Source of the DNA: Aquifex aeolicus VF5
Lineage (GTDB): Bacteria > Aquificota > Aquificia > Aquificales > Aquificaceae
Assembly: GCF_000008625.1 (NCBI RefSeq)
Contig: NC_000918.1
Span: 1,380,001-1,412,000 of the forward strand
Length of the DNA stretch: 32,000 nt
Reading direction: 5' to 3'
The translations under genes and the position numbers were made by a program. The notes below the pieces were generated by a model. The model did no database searches. It was given only the letters and a program-made list of their open reading frames with translations, and had not been told where the DNA came from. Numbering within the stretch: position 1 is the first letter of the stretch; every line of letters begins with the position of its first letter. Positions 1-10,298 of the stretch are shown here, piece by piece.

Positions 1-137
1 GAGTATACCTTTATAAAATTTTTACCCTTGATTTTCAATCCTTTCAACTTTATCGCATCATGATTTCATTTCATCACACCATCAAAACATCACTTATCAA
101 GACCCACCACCCCTATTCAGTTGCCAAGGAGCCGGCT

Positions 138-158
138 GGGGCTTTTTAGCCCCTTTTT
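138..158 (+). terminator. Putative intrinsic terminator for + strand transcription entering from the left
   Basis: GGGGCT(138-143)-TTTT-AGCCCC(148-153) followed by TTTTT(154-158). The U-run is on the + strand side only, so it does not fit purH (minus strand). Confidence 0.65.
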
Positions 159-177
159 AAAAGTATATCACATATCT

Positions 178-1698
178 TTAATGTTTAAAGTGTCTTAAAC
201 CTGTGAATATCATCGCTATTCCGTGTTCATTGCACGCATCTATTACTTCCTGATCTCTTATAGAACCGCCGGGTTGGATTACCGCAGTTATTCCTTCTTT
301 AGCCATTATGTCTATACTGTCTCTGAACGGGAAGAAAGCTTCCGAGGCTACCACGGCACCTTTGAGGTCAAAACCAAACTCCTTGGCTTTGTTTATAGCA
401 CATTTCAAACTGTCAACTCTGGAAACGTTTCCCGAGCCTATGCCGAGAGTTTGTCCGTTTTTGGCTATAACTACGGCATTTGACTTTGTGTGTTTTACCA
501 CTTTCCAAGCGAATAACAGATCTTCCATTTCTTCTGCCGTAGGTTCTCTTTTCGTGACCACTTGGAGTTTTTCGTAAAGTACCGTGTCTTCGTCCTGAAG
601 GAGGTAACCGCCGCTAACTTTTTTCACGTCAAAGGCGTGTTGAAAGCCGAAGAACCTTATGACTCTTAGATTTTTCTTTCTTGATAATTCCCTTAAAGCT
701 TCTTCGTCGTAATCGGGGGCAATCACAACTTCAAGGAACATGGAGGTTAATTCTTTTGCGGTTTCCCCGTCAACCTTATCGTTAAAGGCCACTATCCCCC
801 CGAATGCGGATACGGGATCGGCTTCCTTTGCCCTCAAAAACGCTTCTTTTACGGAAGAGCCGAGAGCTACGCCACAGGGATTGTTATGTTTTATGATTGC
901 ACACACAGTTTGATTGGGAAATTCCGCAACTAACCTAACCGCGGAATCGGCGTCCAGATAATTGTTAAATGACATTTCCTTTCCTTGAAGGACCTGAGCT
1001 TTAGTTATTCCTATATCTTCCAAAGGGTTTTCGTAAAGGAAACCTCTTTGATGGGGGTTTTCTCCGTACCTCAGTTTCTGCATACGCTTAAGGGGGAGAG
1101 CTTCTTCCTTCCCGAAAGTATCTATGGAATAGAGCTTCTTAAAGGCTTGAGATATTACACCGTCGTAGTAGGCGGTATGGGAAAAGGCTTTCCATGCAAG
1201 GTAAGCCCTGTCCTGAAGTGTCAGGTTTCCCTTCTTTAACTTTTCTATTACCCAGTCGTAATCTTCCGGATCTACGAGGATGACAACCCTGAAGAAGTTT
1301 TTTGCAGCCGCCCTTATGAGCGTAGGTCCCCCGATGTCTATAAATTCCATTAAGTCTTTATCCGTTAAACCTTCCTTTAATTTCTCTTCAAAGGGGTACA
1401 GGTTTACGACGACAACGTCTATGGGTTTTATTCCATGCTTTTCTATTTCTTCCTTGTCCTTTTCTACCCAGTCTCTGAATAAAATTCCTCCGTGAACTAC
1501 AGGGTGGAGGGTCTTAACCCTTCCCTCAAGTATTTCGGGAAAACCTGTAATTTCGGAAACCTCTTTCACGGAGATGCCTTTCTCTCTGAGGTACTTCGCC
1601 GTTCCTCCCGTTGATACGATTTCGTAGCCGAGTTCCTGAAGAGCTTTTGCCAGTTTGTCTATTCCTTCCTTCCTGTATACGGATATTATCGCCCTCAT
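178..1698 (-). CDS. purH: Bifunctional AICAR formyltransferase/IMP cyclohydrolase
   Basis: 506 aa ORF with MGS-like N-terminus, EGRVKTLHPVVHGG, RYGENPHQ, AIKHNNPCGVA and FFPFRDSID motifs. Confidence 0.97.
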   Translation of the reverse strand: MRAIISVYRKEGIDKLAKALQELGYEIVSTGGTAKYLREKGISVKEVSEITGFPEILEGRVKTLHPVVHGGILFRDWVEKDKEEIEKHGIKPIDVVVVNLYPFEEKLKEGLTDKDLMEFIDIGGPTLIRAAAKNFFRVVILVDPEDYDWVIEKLKKGNLTLQDRAYLAWKAFSHTAYYDGVISQAFKKLYSIDTFGKEEALPLKRMQKLRYGENPHQRGFLYENPLEDIGITKAQVLQGKEMSFNNYLDADSAVRLVAEFPNQTVCAIIKHNNPCGVALGSSVKEAFLRAKEADPVSAFGGIVAFNDKVDGETAKELTSMFLEVVIAPDYDEEALRELSRKKNLRVIRFFGFQHAFDVKKVSGGYLLQDEDTVLYEKLQVVTKREPTAEEMEDLLFAWKVVKHTKSNAVVIAKNGQTLGIGSGNVSRVDSLKCAINKAKEFGFDLKGAVVASEAFFPFRDSIDIMAKEGITAVIQPGGSIRDQEVIDACNEHGIAMIFTGLRHFKH

Positions 1699-1710
1699 TT
1701 GTAAAACATC

Positions 1711-3000
1711 TTACCTCAGCAACCTCAGTATGTCGTTTATGAACACGAAAATCGTGAGGGTTATGATTATGGCAAGTCCTACCCTTTGCCAGTACTCCTT
1801 GAACTTTTCAGGAAGAGGTCTTCCCCTTAACCACTCTATGGCAAACAGCAGTATCAGTCCACCGTCGAGTATGGGTAGGGGAATGAGGTTAAAAATACCA
1901 AGTTGAAGTGAAATGAAAGCCATCATAACGAGGTACGGGATAAATCCGCTCTGGGCGGCCTGTCCCGCTATTTGTGCTATCGCTATAGGTCCCCCGAGAG
2001 TCTGGAAAGAAACCTTACCGGTTATAAGCCCTGCTATGGTTTTGAGTGTAAGAACCGTGAGTTCCCAAGTTCTGTTTACCGCGCTCGCCAGAGCCTCTCC
2101 GAAGGGCTTTTTCTCGACTACGGTTTCGGTTTTCGGAAACAAGCCTATGAAGTAAGTTCCAGTTTTCGGATCTTTTGCCGGAATTAATTCTTTCTCAATC
2201 ATTTTTCCGTTTCTAAGAATTTTGAGTTTTATAGCTTTCCCCTGACTTTTTCTTACTTCTTCTACGAGTTCGTACCACGTGTTTATCTTCTTTCCGTTTA
2301 CCTCAAGTATTAAGTCCCCCGGTTTTATGCCAACTTGATCTGCGGGTGAGCCTTTCTTTACCCCCCCGACCACGGGTTTTACTAATGGGGCTATGCCGAG
2401 TTCTTCACCCTTTTGTACGTTTGGGACCTTTATAGTTAGATGTAAAACTTCGCCGTTCCTTTCTAAAAATAATGTAGTTTCTTTAACACCGTCTAAGGAT
2501 AGTCTTATCAGTGCATCTCTTAAATCTTCCCAGGTTCTTACTTCGTAGCCGTTTATCTTTATTATCTTGTCTCCCGGTTTTATCCCTATTTTTTGGGCTA
2601 TTGAGTCCCTTTGTACATATCCTACAACTACTGGTTCCTTTAAATACTTGGGAACTTCTACGCCCGCGGTGTAAACAAGGGCAAAAACGAGTATCGTAAA
2701 CAGAAAGTTAAATAAAGGTCCTCCGAGTGCTATGAGTATCTTCTGCCAGGGTTTTTTAGTGGAGAACGCCCTCGGATCATGAACATTTTCCTCTTCTCCG
2801 TAGAGCTTTACGTATCCTCCAAGGGGAAGGGCTGCTATCTGGTATACAGTTTCTCCCCACTGTCTCCTGAATATAGGAGGACCAAACCCTATTGAAAATA
2901 TCTCTACCTTTACCCTGAAGAGTTTTGCCATTAAAAAGTGACCGAACTCGTGAACCCAAACGAGGACACCTATTAGAATTAAAAAGGCTATTAAACCCAT
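1711..3000 (-). CDS. rseP: Site-2 zinc metalloprotease, RseP family, with PDZ domains
   Basis: VHEFGH active site near the N-terminus, [12 protein letters not shown], two PDZ-like segments ([13 protein letters not shown] and [13 protein letters not shown]), C-terminal [12 protein letters not shown]. Confidence 0.93.
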   Translation of the reverse strand: MGLIAFLILIGVLVWVHEFGHFLMAKLFRVKVEIFSIGFGPPIFRRQWGETVYQIAALPLGGYVKLYGEEENVHDPRAFSTKKPWQKILIALGGPLFNFLFTILVFALVYTAGVEVPKYLKEPVVVGYVQRDSIAQKIGIKPGDKIIKINGYEVRTWEDLRDALIRLSLDGVKETTLFLERNGEVLHLTIKVPNVQKGEELGIAPLVKPVVGGVKKGSPADQVGIKPGDLILEVNGKKINTWYELVEEVRKSQGKAIKLKILRNGKMIEKELIPAKDPKTGTYFIGLFPKTETVVEKKPFGEALASAVNRTWELTVLTLKTIAGLITGKVSFQTLGGPIAIAQIAGQAAQSGFIPYLVMMAFISLQLGIFNLIPLPILDGGLILLFAIEWLRGRPLPEKFKEYWQRVGLAIIITLTIFVFINDILRLLR

Positions 3001-3410
3001 TACTTTTCTCCCAGAACTACCACTATGACTTTCCTCTCTCTGGGACCGTCAAAGTCCGCCAGGAATATGGACTCCCAAGTTCCCAGAGCCAGTTCTCCGT
3101 CTATTATAGGAATTACTCTTGAGTTTCCTATGATTGCGCTCCTTATGTGGGCTGCGGAGTTTCCTTCCATGTGGGCATAACTTGGGTCGTTCCAGGGGAT
3201 TAACTTCTCAAGGGAATACACAATATCCCTCACGACGTCCGGATCAGCCCCTTCGTTTACGAAAACACAGGCAGTGGTGTGTGGTGTGTAAACGACGCAT
3301 ATTCCCTCTCTCACCCCGGACTTTTTAACCACCTGATCAACCTGCTGAGTTATGTTCACTATACTGGTGTGTTTTGTGGTCCTTACTCTAAGAACTTCCT
3401 TCATGCTCAA
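3000..3410 (-). CDS. YjbQ/UPF0047 family protein
   Basis: 136 aa with [36 protein letters not shown] and [19 protein letters not shown], characteristic of the family. Confidence 0.92.
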   Translation of the reverse strand: MSMKEVLRVRTTKHTSIVNITQQVDQVVKKSGVREGICVVYTPHTTACVFVNEGADPDVVRDIVYSLEKLIPWNDPSYAHMEGNSAAHIRSAIIGNSRVIPIIDGELALGTWESIFLADFDGPRERKVIVVVLGEK

Positions 3411-3993
3411 GGAAATTATACCTCTCTTTTACCTTTTTAATTAACCCTTCGTCCTCGCACTTACCTATAAATTCTTCAAACTCCTTCTTTAAGTTTTCAA
3501 GGTGTCTCTTTTTTGCCTCTTCCGTTTTTGGTTTTTCCGCCTGTATCTTGTGTCCTCCTTCCATCAAGCCCTCGGGTATGTACCAGTCCCTGAAGTAGGT
3601 GTATCCGAGCTTTAAAAGTTCAAATCCGAGCCTTGAGAGTGCGGGTGGAACCCCCTTTTGTAACTCGTAAGTAGTTTCTTTGTCTTCAAAGTACTCCACG
3701 AAAATCCTTCCGAAATGCTCACTTAAGAATTCGTAAAGTTTTCTTTCTGCTTCGCTTCCGAAAAATACGTTCCTCAGATTCGGATTTACGCCGAAGACCT
3801 CCACCCAGGGTTGCCAGTAAGGTTTTCTTCCGAGGAACACTTTAAGCGTTAAAAGAGGTTTACTTCCAAGGGAAAGGTCAAAGTTGAACTCCTCTTTAAA
3901 CCTTCCTTGGGATTTCCTTACGAGCCTTATTTCTCCTTCTTCGGAATTTATACCATTTTCCAAGGTTTTTAAAAGCTCTTCATACTTCACCAT
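3388..3993 (-). CDS. Conserved hypothetical protein
   Basis: 201 aa ORF overlapping the start of the YjbQ-family gene by 23 nt, in the same operon orientation. No motif I can assign firmly. Confidence 0.75.
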   Translation of the reverse strand: MVKYEELLKTLENGINSEEGEIRLVRKSQGRFKEEFNFDLSLGSKPLLTLKVFLGRKPYWQPWVEVFGVNPNLRNVFFGSEAERKLYEFLSEHFGRIFVEYFEDKETTYELQKGVPPALSRLGFELLKLGYTYFRDWYIPEGLMEGGHKIQAEKPKTEEAKKRHLENLKKEFEEFIGKCEDEGLIKKVKERYNFLEHEGSS

Positions 3994-4010
3994 AATATAA
4001 ATTAAAAGCT

Positions 4011-5735
4011 ATGGATTTTGAATACGTAACGGGAGAAGAGGGATTAAAAAAGGCAATAAAAAGGCTCGAAAATTCTCCATACCTTTACCTGGATACGGAA
4101 ACCACAGGAGACAGGATAAGGCTCGTACAAATCGGAGACGAAGAAAACACCTACGTTATTGACCTCTACGAAATTCAGGATATAGAACCTCTGAGGAAAT
4201 TAATAAACGAAAGGGGGATAGTAGGGCACAACCTTAAGTTCGATCTTAAGTACCTCTACAGGTACGGGATATTTCCCTCGGCAACGTTTGACACTATGAT
4301 AGCGAGCTACCTCCTCGGATACGAGAGACACTCCCTCAATCACATAGTTTCAAACCTACTCGGATATTCCATGGACAAGAGTTATCAGACTTCCGACTGG
4401 GGAGCGAGCGTTCTGAGCGACGCTCAGCTCAAGTACGCTGCAAACGACGTTATAGTCCTCAGAGAACTCTTCCCTAAGATGAGGGACATGTTAAACGAGC
4501 TAGACGCTGAGAGGGGAGAGGAACTGCTCAAGACTAGAACGGCAAAGATTTTCGATCTGAAGAGTCCCGTAGCAATAGTGGAAATGGCTTTCGTAAGGGA
4601 AGTTGCAAAACTCGAGATAAACGGCTTTCCCGTGGACGTAGAAGAGCTAACCAACAAGTTAAAAGCTGTGGAAAGGGAAACCCAGAAGAGGATACAGGAG
4701 TTTTACATAAAGTACAGAGTTGACCCTCTCTCTCCGAAACAGCTCGCCTCACTCCTGACGAAGAAGTTTAAACTGAACCTTCCCAAGACTCCTAAAGGGA
4801 ACGTATCTACAGACGACAAGGCTCTTACTTCCTATCAGGACGTAGAACCCGTAAAACTCGTTCTGGAAATAAGAAAGCTTAAGAAGATCGCGGACAAGTT
4901 AAAGGAGTTAAAAGAACACTTGAAGAACGGGAGAGTTTACCCGGAGTTCAAGCAAATAGGAGCTGTAACGGGAAGGATGTCCTCCGCACACCCAAATATC
5001 CAGAACATACACAGGGATATGAGAGGAATTTTCAAGGCGGAGGAGGGAAATACTTTCGTCATTTCGGACTTTTCTCAGATAGAGCTCAGGATTGCGGCCG
5101 AATACGTAAAGGACCCGCTTATGCTGGACGCCTTCAAAAAGGGAAAGGACATGCACAGGTACACCGCTTCAGTGGTACTCGGAAAGAAAGAGGAAGAAAT
5201 AACAAAAGAGGAGAGACAGCTCGCAAAAGCTATAAACTTCGGTCTCATATACGGCATTTCCGCTAAAGGGCTTGCAGAATACGCAAAGCTTGGTTACGGC
5301 GTTGAAATTTCTTTAGAAGAAGCTCAGGTTTTGAGAGAGAGGTTTTTCAAGAACTTCAAAGCTTTCAAAGAGTGGCACGACAGAGTTAAGAAAGAACTAA
5401 AGGAAAAGGGAGAGGTAAAAGGTCATACGCTTCTTGGAAGGAGATTTTCCGCAAATACCTTTAACGACGCTGTAAATTACCCCATACAGGGAACGGGTGC
5501 GGACCTACTAAAACTGGCAGTTCTACTTTTTGACGCAAACCTCCAGAAAAAGGGAATAGATGCAAAGCTCGTGAACCTCGTGCACGACGAGATAGTCGTA
5601 GAGTGCGAAAAGGAAAAAGCGGAAGAAGTAAAAGAAATACTCGAAAAATCCATGAAAACGGCGGGAAAGATAATACTGAAAGAGGTTCCCGTGGAAGTAG
5701 AAAGCGTTATAAACGAAAGGTGGACGAAAGATTAA
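4011..5735 (+). CDS. polA: DNA polymerase I, short form: 3'-5' exonuclease plus polymerase domain only
   Basis: 574 aa. Exonuclease motifs LYLDTETTG and YAANDVIVL; family A polymerase motifs SDFSQIELRIAA, RQLAKAINFGLIYG and LVNLVHDEIVVE. No N-terminal 5'-3' nuclease domain. Confidence 0.96.
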   Translation: MDFEYVTGEEGLKKAIKRLENSPYLYLDTETTGDRIRLVQIGDEENTYVIDLYEIQDIEPLRKLINERGIVGHNLKFDLKYLYRYGIFPSATFDTMIASYLLGYERHSLNHIVSNLLGYSMDKSYQTSDWGASVLSDAQLKYAANDVIVLRELFPKMRDMLNELDAERGEELLKTRTAKIFDLKSPVAIVEMAFVREVAKLEINGFPVDVEELTNKLKAVERETQKRIQEFYIKYRVDPLSPKQLASLLTKKFKLNLPKTPKGNVSTDDKALTSYQDVEPVKLVLEIRKLKKIADKLKELKEHLKNGRVYPEFKQIGAVTGRMSSAHPNIQNIHRDMRGIFKAEEGNTFVISDFSQIELRIAAEYVKDPLMLDAFKKGKDMHRYTASVVLGKKEEEITKEERQLAKAINFGLIYGISAKGLAEYAKLGYGVEISLEEAQVLRERFFKNFKAFKEWHDRVKKELKEKGEVKGHTLLGRRFSANTFNDAVNYPIQGTGADLLKLAVLLFDANLQKKGIDAKLVNLVHDEIVVECEKEKAEEVKEILEKSMKTAGKIILKEVPVEVESVINERWTKD

Positions 5736-5745
5736 TATAATCCTT

Positions 5746-6363
5746 ATGCTTAAACTCAAGTTCAACGAAGAAGGACTCATTCCCGTAATCGCTCAGGACT
5801 ACAGAACGGGCGAAGTAAGAATGCTCGCCTACGCAAACGAAGAAGCTATAAAAAAGACTCTGGAGACGGGATACGCCCATTATTACTCAAGGAGCAGGAA
5901 AAAGATATGGAAAAAAGGGGAGACCTCGGGAGAACTCCAGAAGGTAATTGAAGTAAGAGTGGACTGCGACGAAGATGCACTAATCTACGTAATAGAGCAA
6001 GAAAAGGACAGGGCATGTCACACGGGTGAGAGAAACTGCTTCTTCAGAGACATAGAAGGAAACAAAGTGGAAAAACCACTTCCCTTTGAAGTACTTCCCA
6101 GATTACAGGACGTGATAAGGGAAAAAATAGAAAGAAAGGAAGAAAACTCTTACACTGCAAAGTTGGTAAGCCAAGGGAAGGAAAGAGTGTTCCAGAAGTT
6201 CGGAGAAGAAGCCGTGGAAACCCTGATAGCCTTAATGAAAGGAGAAAAGGAAGAGGTGATATACGAGAGTGCGGATATGCTGTACACCTTTCTCGTATCC
6301 CTGAGCGTAAGCGGGATAGACATAAAGGAGGTGATGGAGGAACTCATAAGACGCTTTAAGTGA
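5746..6363 (+). CDS. hisI: Bifunctional phosphoribosyl-AMP cyclohydrolase/phosphoribosyl-ATP pyrophosphatase
   Basis: 205 aa. HisI motifs LMLAYANEEA-like, YYSRSRKKIWKKGETSG and DCDEDALIYVIEQ...CHTG; C-terminal HisE segment EEAVETLIALMKGEKEEVIYESADMLYTFLV. Confidence 0.95.
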   Translation: MLKLKFNEEGLIPVIAQDYRTGEVRMLAYANEEAIKKTLETGYAHYYSRSRKKIWKKGETSGELQKVIEVRVDCDEDALIYVIEQEKDRACHTGERNCFFRDIEGNKVEKPLPFEVLPRLQDVIREKIERKEENSYTAKLVSQGKERVFQKFGEEAVETLIALMKGEKEEVIYESADMLYTFLVSLSVSGIDIKEVMEELIRRFK

Positions 6364-6583
6364 CGCCTGCGGGCTCTTTTGCCCTCTCTCCCAGTGCCAG
6401 CCACCTGTAATCCACGTTGAATCGTTTCGCTATGAATACGAGCGTAGCGTCACAAGGTCTGGAGATACCCTTCTCTATCTCCTCGAGCTTCTTTGTGGAA
6501 ATGCCTATAGCCTTAGCGAACTCCTCCAAGGACATTCCCCTTTCTTCTCTGATCTTCCTTATCCTCTCTCCCACTCCAATCAT
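6356..6583 (-). CDS. Small Xre/Cro-type helix-turn-helix DNA-binding protein
   Basis: 75 aa. IRKIREERGMSLEEFAKAIGISTKKLEEIEKG resembles an HTH_3 domain. GGAGG ribosome-binding site upstream of the ATG. Confidence 0.82.
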   Translation of the reverse strand: MIGVGERIRKIREERGMSLEEFAKAIGISTKKLEEIEKGISRPCDATLVFIAKRFNVDYRWLALGERAKEPAGVT

Positions 6584-6623
6584 GGCTCCACCTCCTCCCT
6601 TTTTAATTTAAAATTTTAAGGAA

Positions 6624-7808
6624 ATGAGAAAAGGACTTGCAAGTAGGGTAAGTCACCTAAAACCTTCCCCCACGCTGACCATAACCGCAAAAGCAAAAGA
6701 ATTAAGGGCTAAAGGAGTGGACGTTATAGGTTTTGGAGCGGGAGAACCTGACTTCGACACACCCGACTTCATAAAGGAAGCCTGTATAAGGGCTTTAAGG
6801 GAAGGAAAGACCAAGTACGCTCCCTCCGCGGGAATACCAGAGCTCAGAGAAGCTATAGCTGAAAAACTACTGAAAGAAAACAAAGTTGAGTACAAACCTT
6901 CAGAGATAGTCGTTTCCGCAGGAGCGAAAATGGTTCTCTTCCTCATATTCATGGCTATACTGGACGAAGGAGACGAGGTTTTACTACCTAGCCCTTACTG
7001 GGTAACTTACCCCGAACAGATAAGGTTCTTCGGAGGGGTTCCCGTTGAGGTTCCTCTAAAGAAAGAGAAAGGATTTCAATTAAGTCTGGAAGATGTGAAA
7101 GAAAAGGTTACGGAGAGAACAAAAGCTATAGTCATAAACTCTCCGAACAACCCCACTGGTGCTGTTTACGAAGAGGAGGAACTTAAGAAAATAGCGGAGT
7201 TTTGCGTGGAGAGGGGCATTTTCATAATTTCCGATGAGTGCTATGAGTACTTCGTTTACGGTGATGCAAAATTTGTTAGCCCTGCCTCTTTCTCGGATGA
7301 AGTAAAGAACATAACCTTCACGGTAAACGCCTTTTCGAAGAGCTATTCCATGACTGGTTGGCGAATAGGTTATGTAGCGTGCCCCGAAGAGTACGCAAAA
7401 GTGATAGCGAGTCTTAACAGCCAGAGTGTTTCCAACGTCACTACCTTTGCCCAGTATGGAGCTCTTGAGGCCTTGAAAAATCCAAAGTCTAAAGATTTTG
7501 TAAACGAAATGAGAAATGCTTTTGAAAGGAGAAGGGATACGGCTGTAGAAGAGCTTTCTAAAATTCCAGGTATGGATGTGGTAAAACCCGAAGGTGCCTT
7601 TTACATATTTCCGGACTTCTCCGCTTACGCTGAGAAACTGGGTGGTGATGTGAAACTCTCGGAGTTCCTTCTGGAAAAGGCTAAGGTTGCGGTGGTTCCC
7701 GGTTCGGCCTTCGGAGCTCCCGGATTTTTGAGGCTTTCTTACGCCCTTTCCGAGGAAAGACTCGTTGAGGGTATAAGGAGAATAAAGAAAGCCCTTGAAG
7801 AGATCTAA
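6624..7808 (+). CDS. aspC: Class I aminotransferase, aspartate aminotransferase type
   Basis: 394 aa. GAGEPDFDTP, NSPNNPTGAVY, SDECYEYFVY and SKSYSMTGWRIGY (PLP lysine). Confidence 0.9.
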   Translation: MRKGLASRVSHLKPSPTLTITAKAKELRAKGVDVIGFGAGEPDFDTPDFIKEACIRALREGKTKYAPSAGIPELREAIAEKLLKENKVEYKPSEIVVSAGAKMVLFLIFMAILDEGDEVLLPSPYWVTYPEQIRFFGGVPVEVPLKKEKGFQLSLEDVKEKVTERTKAIVINSPNNPTGAVYEEEELKKIAEFCVERGIFIISDECYEYFVYGDAKFVSPASFSDEVKNITFTVNAFSKSYSMTGWRIGYVACPEEYAKVIASLNSQSVSNVTTFAQYGALEALKNPKSKDFVNEMRNAFERRRDTAVEELSKIPGMDVVKPEGAFYIFPDFSAYAEKLGGDVKLSEFLLEKAKVAVVPGSAFGAPGFLRLSYALSEERLVEGIRRIKKALEEI

Positions 7809-9505
7809 ACGGCCAGAACCCTATTCACTTCCTCTATAGATGTTATTCCTCTCTTTACCTTCAGAAGGCCATTCTTGTAAAGGGTTCTCATTCCCTTTTC
7901 TATCGCCTTCTTCCTTATTACGTCGTGAGTTGCTCCTCTTATTATGAGTTCCTTTATGTCGTCGTCAACTTCCAGTATCTCGTGAACAGCGGTTCTCCCT
8001 TTATACCCCGTGTAATTACAGTACTCGCACCCTCCCTCGTGAGCTTTGTATATAACCACTTCTTCGGAAGGATCCTCTATTACACCTATTCTCAGCAGAA
8101 CATCCTTCGGGATATCCGCTTTCTCTTTACACTTAGGACAGAGTTTTCTTATCAATCTCTGGGCTACGACGAGAATCAGGGAACTTCCAACAAGAAAGGA
8201 TTCTATTCCCATGTCGACGAGTCTCGTTACGGTAGTGGGAGCGTCGTTTGCGTGAACGGTGGAAAATACGAGGTGTCCCGTGAGAGAAGCCCTTATCGCA
8301 ATCTCCGCCGTTTCCGAGTCTCTTATCTCTCCAACCAGGATTATGTCTGGGTCTTGCCTGAGGAAGGCTCTAAGTACGTTTGCAAAGGTAAGTCCTATCT
8401 TCTCGTTTACCTGAACCTGATTTATTCCGGGAATGGAGACCTCTACAGGATCTTCTACAGTCATTATGTTCACGTCCGGTGTATTCCTCTCCATCAAAGA
8501 AGCGTATAGCGTCGTAGTTTTACCGGAACCCGTAGGACCAGATACGAGTATCATACCCCAGGGTTTCCATATAGCCCTTCTGTACTTTTCAAGGTCATCC
8601 GGTTCGAATCCTAGGTCTTCCAGCTTTACCTTTAAGTACTTTTCTGCCTCCTGTATTCTCATAACGACCTTTTCACCGTAAACCGTTGGAACCGTGTTTA
8701 CCCTGAGATCTATTTTCTTTCCCGAGACGTTTACCCTTATCCTGCCGTCTTGGGGTTTTCTCCTCTCTGATATATCCATGTTCGCCATTATCTTTATACG
8801 GGTTATTAAACCGTCTTTAATCACAGGTGGAAATTCCTTGAATATCCTCAGGACACCGTCTATCCTGAACCTCACCCTCAAGACTTTCTCTTGAGGTTCT
8901 ATATGTATGTCTGAGGCGTCTCTCCTTACAGCCTCGTAAATTATTAGATTTGCGAGCTTTACAACAGGTGCTGCATCCGCACTCTTCAAGGCTTCATCGA
9001 GAGAAACCTCTTCATCTACCTTTTCTATAACTATCTCTTCCGCTGGTATCTCCTCGAGTATTTCGGTCACTTTAGGGAACAGCTCATCTAGAGCTTTATT
9101 TATAACGGAAGGGGGTGCGTAAAAAGGTATAACGTGCATTTTCGTGATAAACCTCAGTTCGTTTAGCATATCCTGGTTGTAAGGATCAAAGGTGTATATA
9201 AAGAGTTTGTTATTCTCAACCTTAAAGGGAATTACTTTATACTTCTCTATTAAGTTTCTGGGAACGATGTTCAAAACTTCCGCGGGGATTTCAGAGGTGT
9301 TTATTTCCTCTACTACCCTGCTAGGTATGTGCTGCTTGAAAAATTCAGTCAATTGATCTTCCGTAATGAGCCCAAGTCTTATCAAAGCTTCTATAGGATC
9401 TTCGTCCTTTTGTATTTCTGACAGTACCTTTTTGATGTCGCCGTCTTTTATATAGCCCGCCTTTGCGAATAAAGTGAGGAGTTTTTCTATCCTCTCCTTA
9501 TCCAT
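7805..9505 (-). CDS. GspE/PilB family type II secretion or type IV pilus assembly ATPase
   Basis: Walker A GPTGSGKTTTLYA, VEDPVE, LRQDPDIILVGEIRD, CPKCKEKAD...CEYCNYTGYKGR zinc motif. The 580 aa track starts at 9547 but the ATG at 9505 (MDKERIEKLL), preceded by GAGGAAAG, is the better start. Confidence 0.93.
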   Translation of the reverse strand: MDKERIEKLLTLFAKAGYIKDGDIKKVLSEIQKDEDPIEALIRLGLITEDQLTEFFKQHIPSRVVEEINTSEIPAEVLNIVPRNLIEKYKVIPFKVENNKLFIYTFDPYNQDMLNELRFITKMHVIPFYAPPSVINKALDELFPKVTEILEEIPAEEIVIEKVDEEVSLDEALKSADAAPVVKLANLIIYEAVRRDASDIHIEPQEKVLRVRFRIDGVLRIFKEFPPVIKDGLITRIKIMANMDISERRKPQDGRIRVNVSGKKIDLRVNTVPTVYGEKVVMRIQEAEKYLKVKLEDLGFEPDDLEKYRRAIWKPWGMILVSGPTGSGKTTTLYASLMERNTPDVNIMTVEDPVEVSIPGINQVQVNEKIGLTFANVLRAFLRQDPDIILVGEIRDSETAEIAIRASLTGHLVFSTVHANDAPTTVTRLVDMGIESFLVGSSLILVVAQRLIRKLCPKCKEKADIPKDVLLRIGVIEDPSEEVVIYKAHEGGCEYCNYTGYKGRTAVHEILEVDDDIKELIIRGATHDVIRKKAIEKGMRTLYKNGLLKVKRGITSIEEVNRVLAV

Positions 9506-10295
9506 AACTTTCCTCTTCCGAAGGGAAATTGCCCCCTTCCACGTCAATTTTAAAATTTTTAAGGGCTTCCTTTACCAATTTAGCTCCTTCAAGGTACCTT
9601 CTCACAAACTTTGGTTTAAAGTCCTCAAAAAGACCGACTATATCGTGAAAAACGAGCACTTGTCCGTCAACGTACTTTCCCGCACCTATTCCTATAACTA
9701 TAGAGTTTGAACCTTTCCAGAGTTCTTTCGCCAAGTGTGTGGGAACGCTTTCAAGAACGATCATAAAAGCTCCCGCCTCTTCCAGAGCTCTGAAATCTCT
9801 CCTTAGTTTTTCCTCCTCTTCTTTTTTCTTTCCCACAACCTTCGGTTTTCCAAAGACGTTTATGTGCTGGGGTGTAAAGCCAACGTGACCCACCACAGGT
9901 ATTCCTATTCTCGTTAATTTGTACACGAGCTCCGCTATCTCCTCCCCGCCCTCAAGCTTTACAGCCTTTGCCTTAGTCTCTTTTATAACCCTTCCGCAGT
10001 TTTCCACCGCCTTTTCCATAGAAACCTGATAACTCATAAAGGGCATGTCCGCTATAACGAAGGCGTTTTTTACTCCTCTCATAACGCACTTTGTGTGATA
10101 AATGATTTCTTCCAAGGTAACTGAAAGCGTATCCCCTTCACCTTTTACGACAGTTCCGAGGGAGTCTCCGACGAGTATGCAGTCTATCCCGACCTCGTCG
10201 CAGAGTTTGGCACTCCAGTAATCGTAGGTAGAAACCATGGTAATCTTTTTCCCTTCTCTCTTCTTCTTGAAGAGAGTCTGGAGGTTTATCGCCAT
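9498..10295 (-). CDS. panB: 3-methyl-2-oxobutanoate hydroxymethyltransferase
   Basis: 265 aa. VSTYDYWSAKLCDEVGIDCILVGDSLG, FVIADMPFMSYQ, KAVKLEGG and GHVGFTPQ. Confidence 0.97.
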   Translation of the reverse strand: MAINLQTLFKKKREGKKITMVSTYDYWSAKLCDEVGIDCILVGDSLGTVVKGEGDTLSVTLEEIIYHTKCVMRGVKNAFVIADMPFMSYQVSMEKAVENCGRVIKETKAKAVKLEGGEEIAELVYKLTRIGIPVVGHVGFTPQHINVFGKPKVVGKKKEEEEKLRRDFRALEEAGAFMIVLESVPTHLAKELWKGSNSIVIGIGAGKYVDGQVLVFHDIVGLFEDFKPKFVRRYLEGAKLVKEALKNFKIDVEGGNFPSEEESYG

Positions 10296-10298
10296 TTA

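Noticed and set aside
223-1495. Plus-strand ORFs of 64-89 aa inside purH (223-483, 308-577, 985-1239, 1280-1495)
   Set aside because: Entirely antisense to a strongly supported purH frame; sequences show no family signature and look like shadow ORFs.
7925-8509. 194 aa plus-strand ORF antisense to the GspE/PilB ATPase
   Set aside because: Long for a shadow ORF, but it lies wholly opposite Walker and ATPase motifs and has no recognisable domain; high-GC-third-position bias of the opposite strand explains it.
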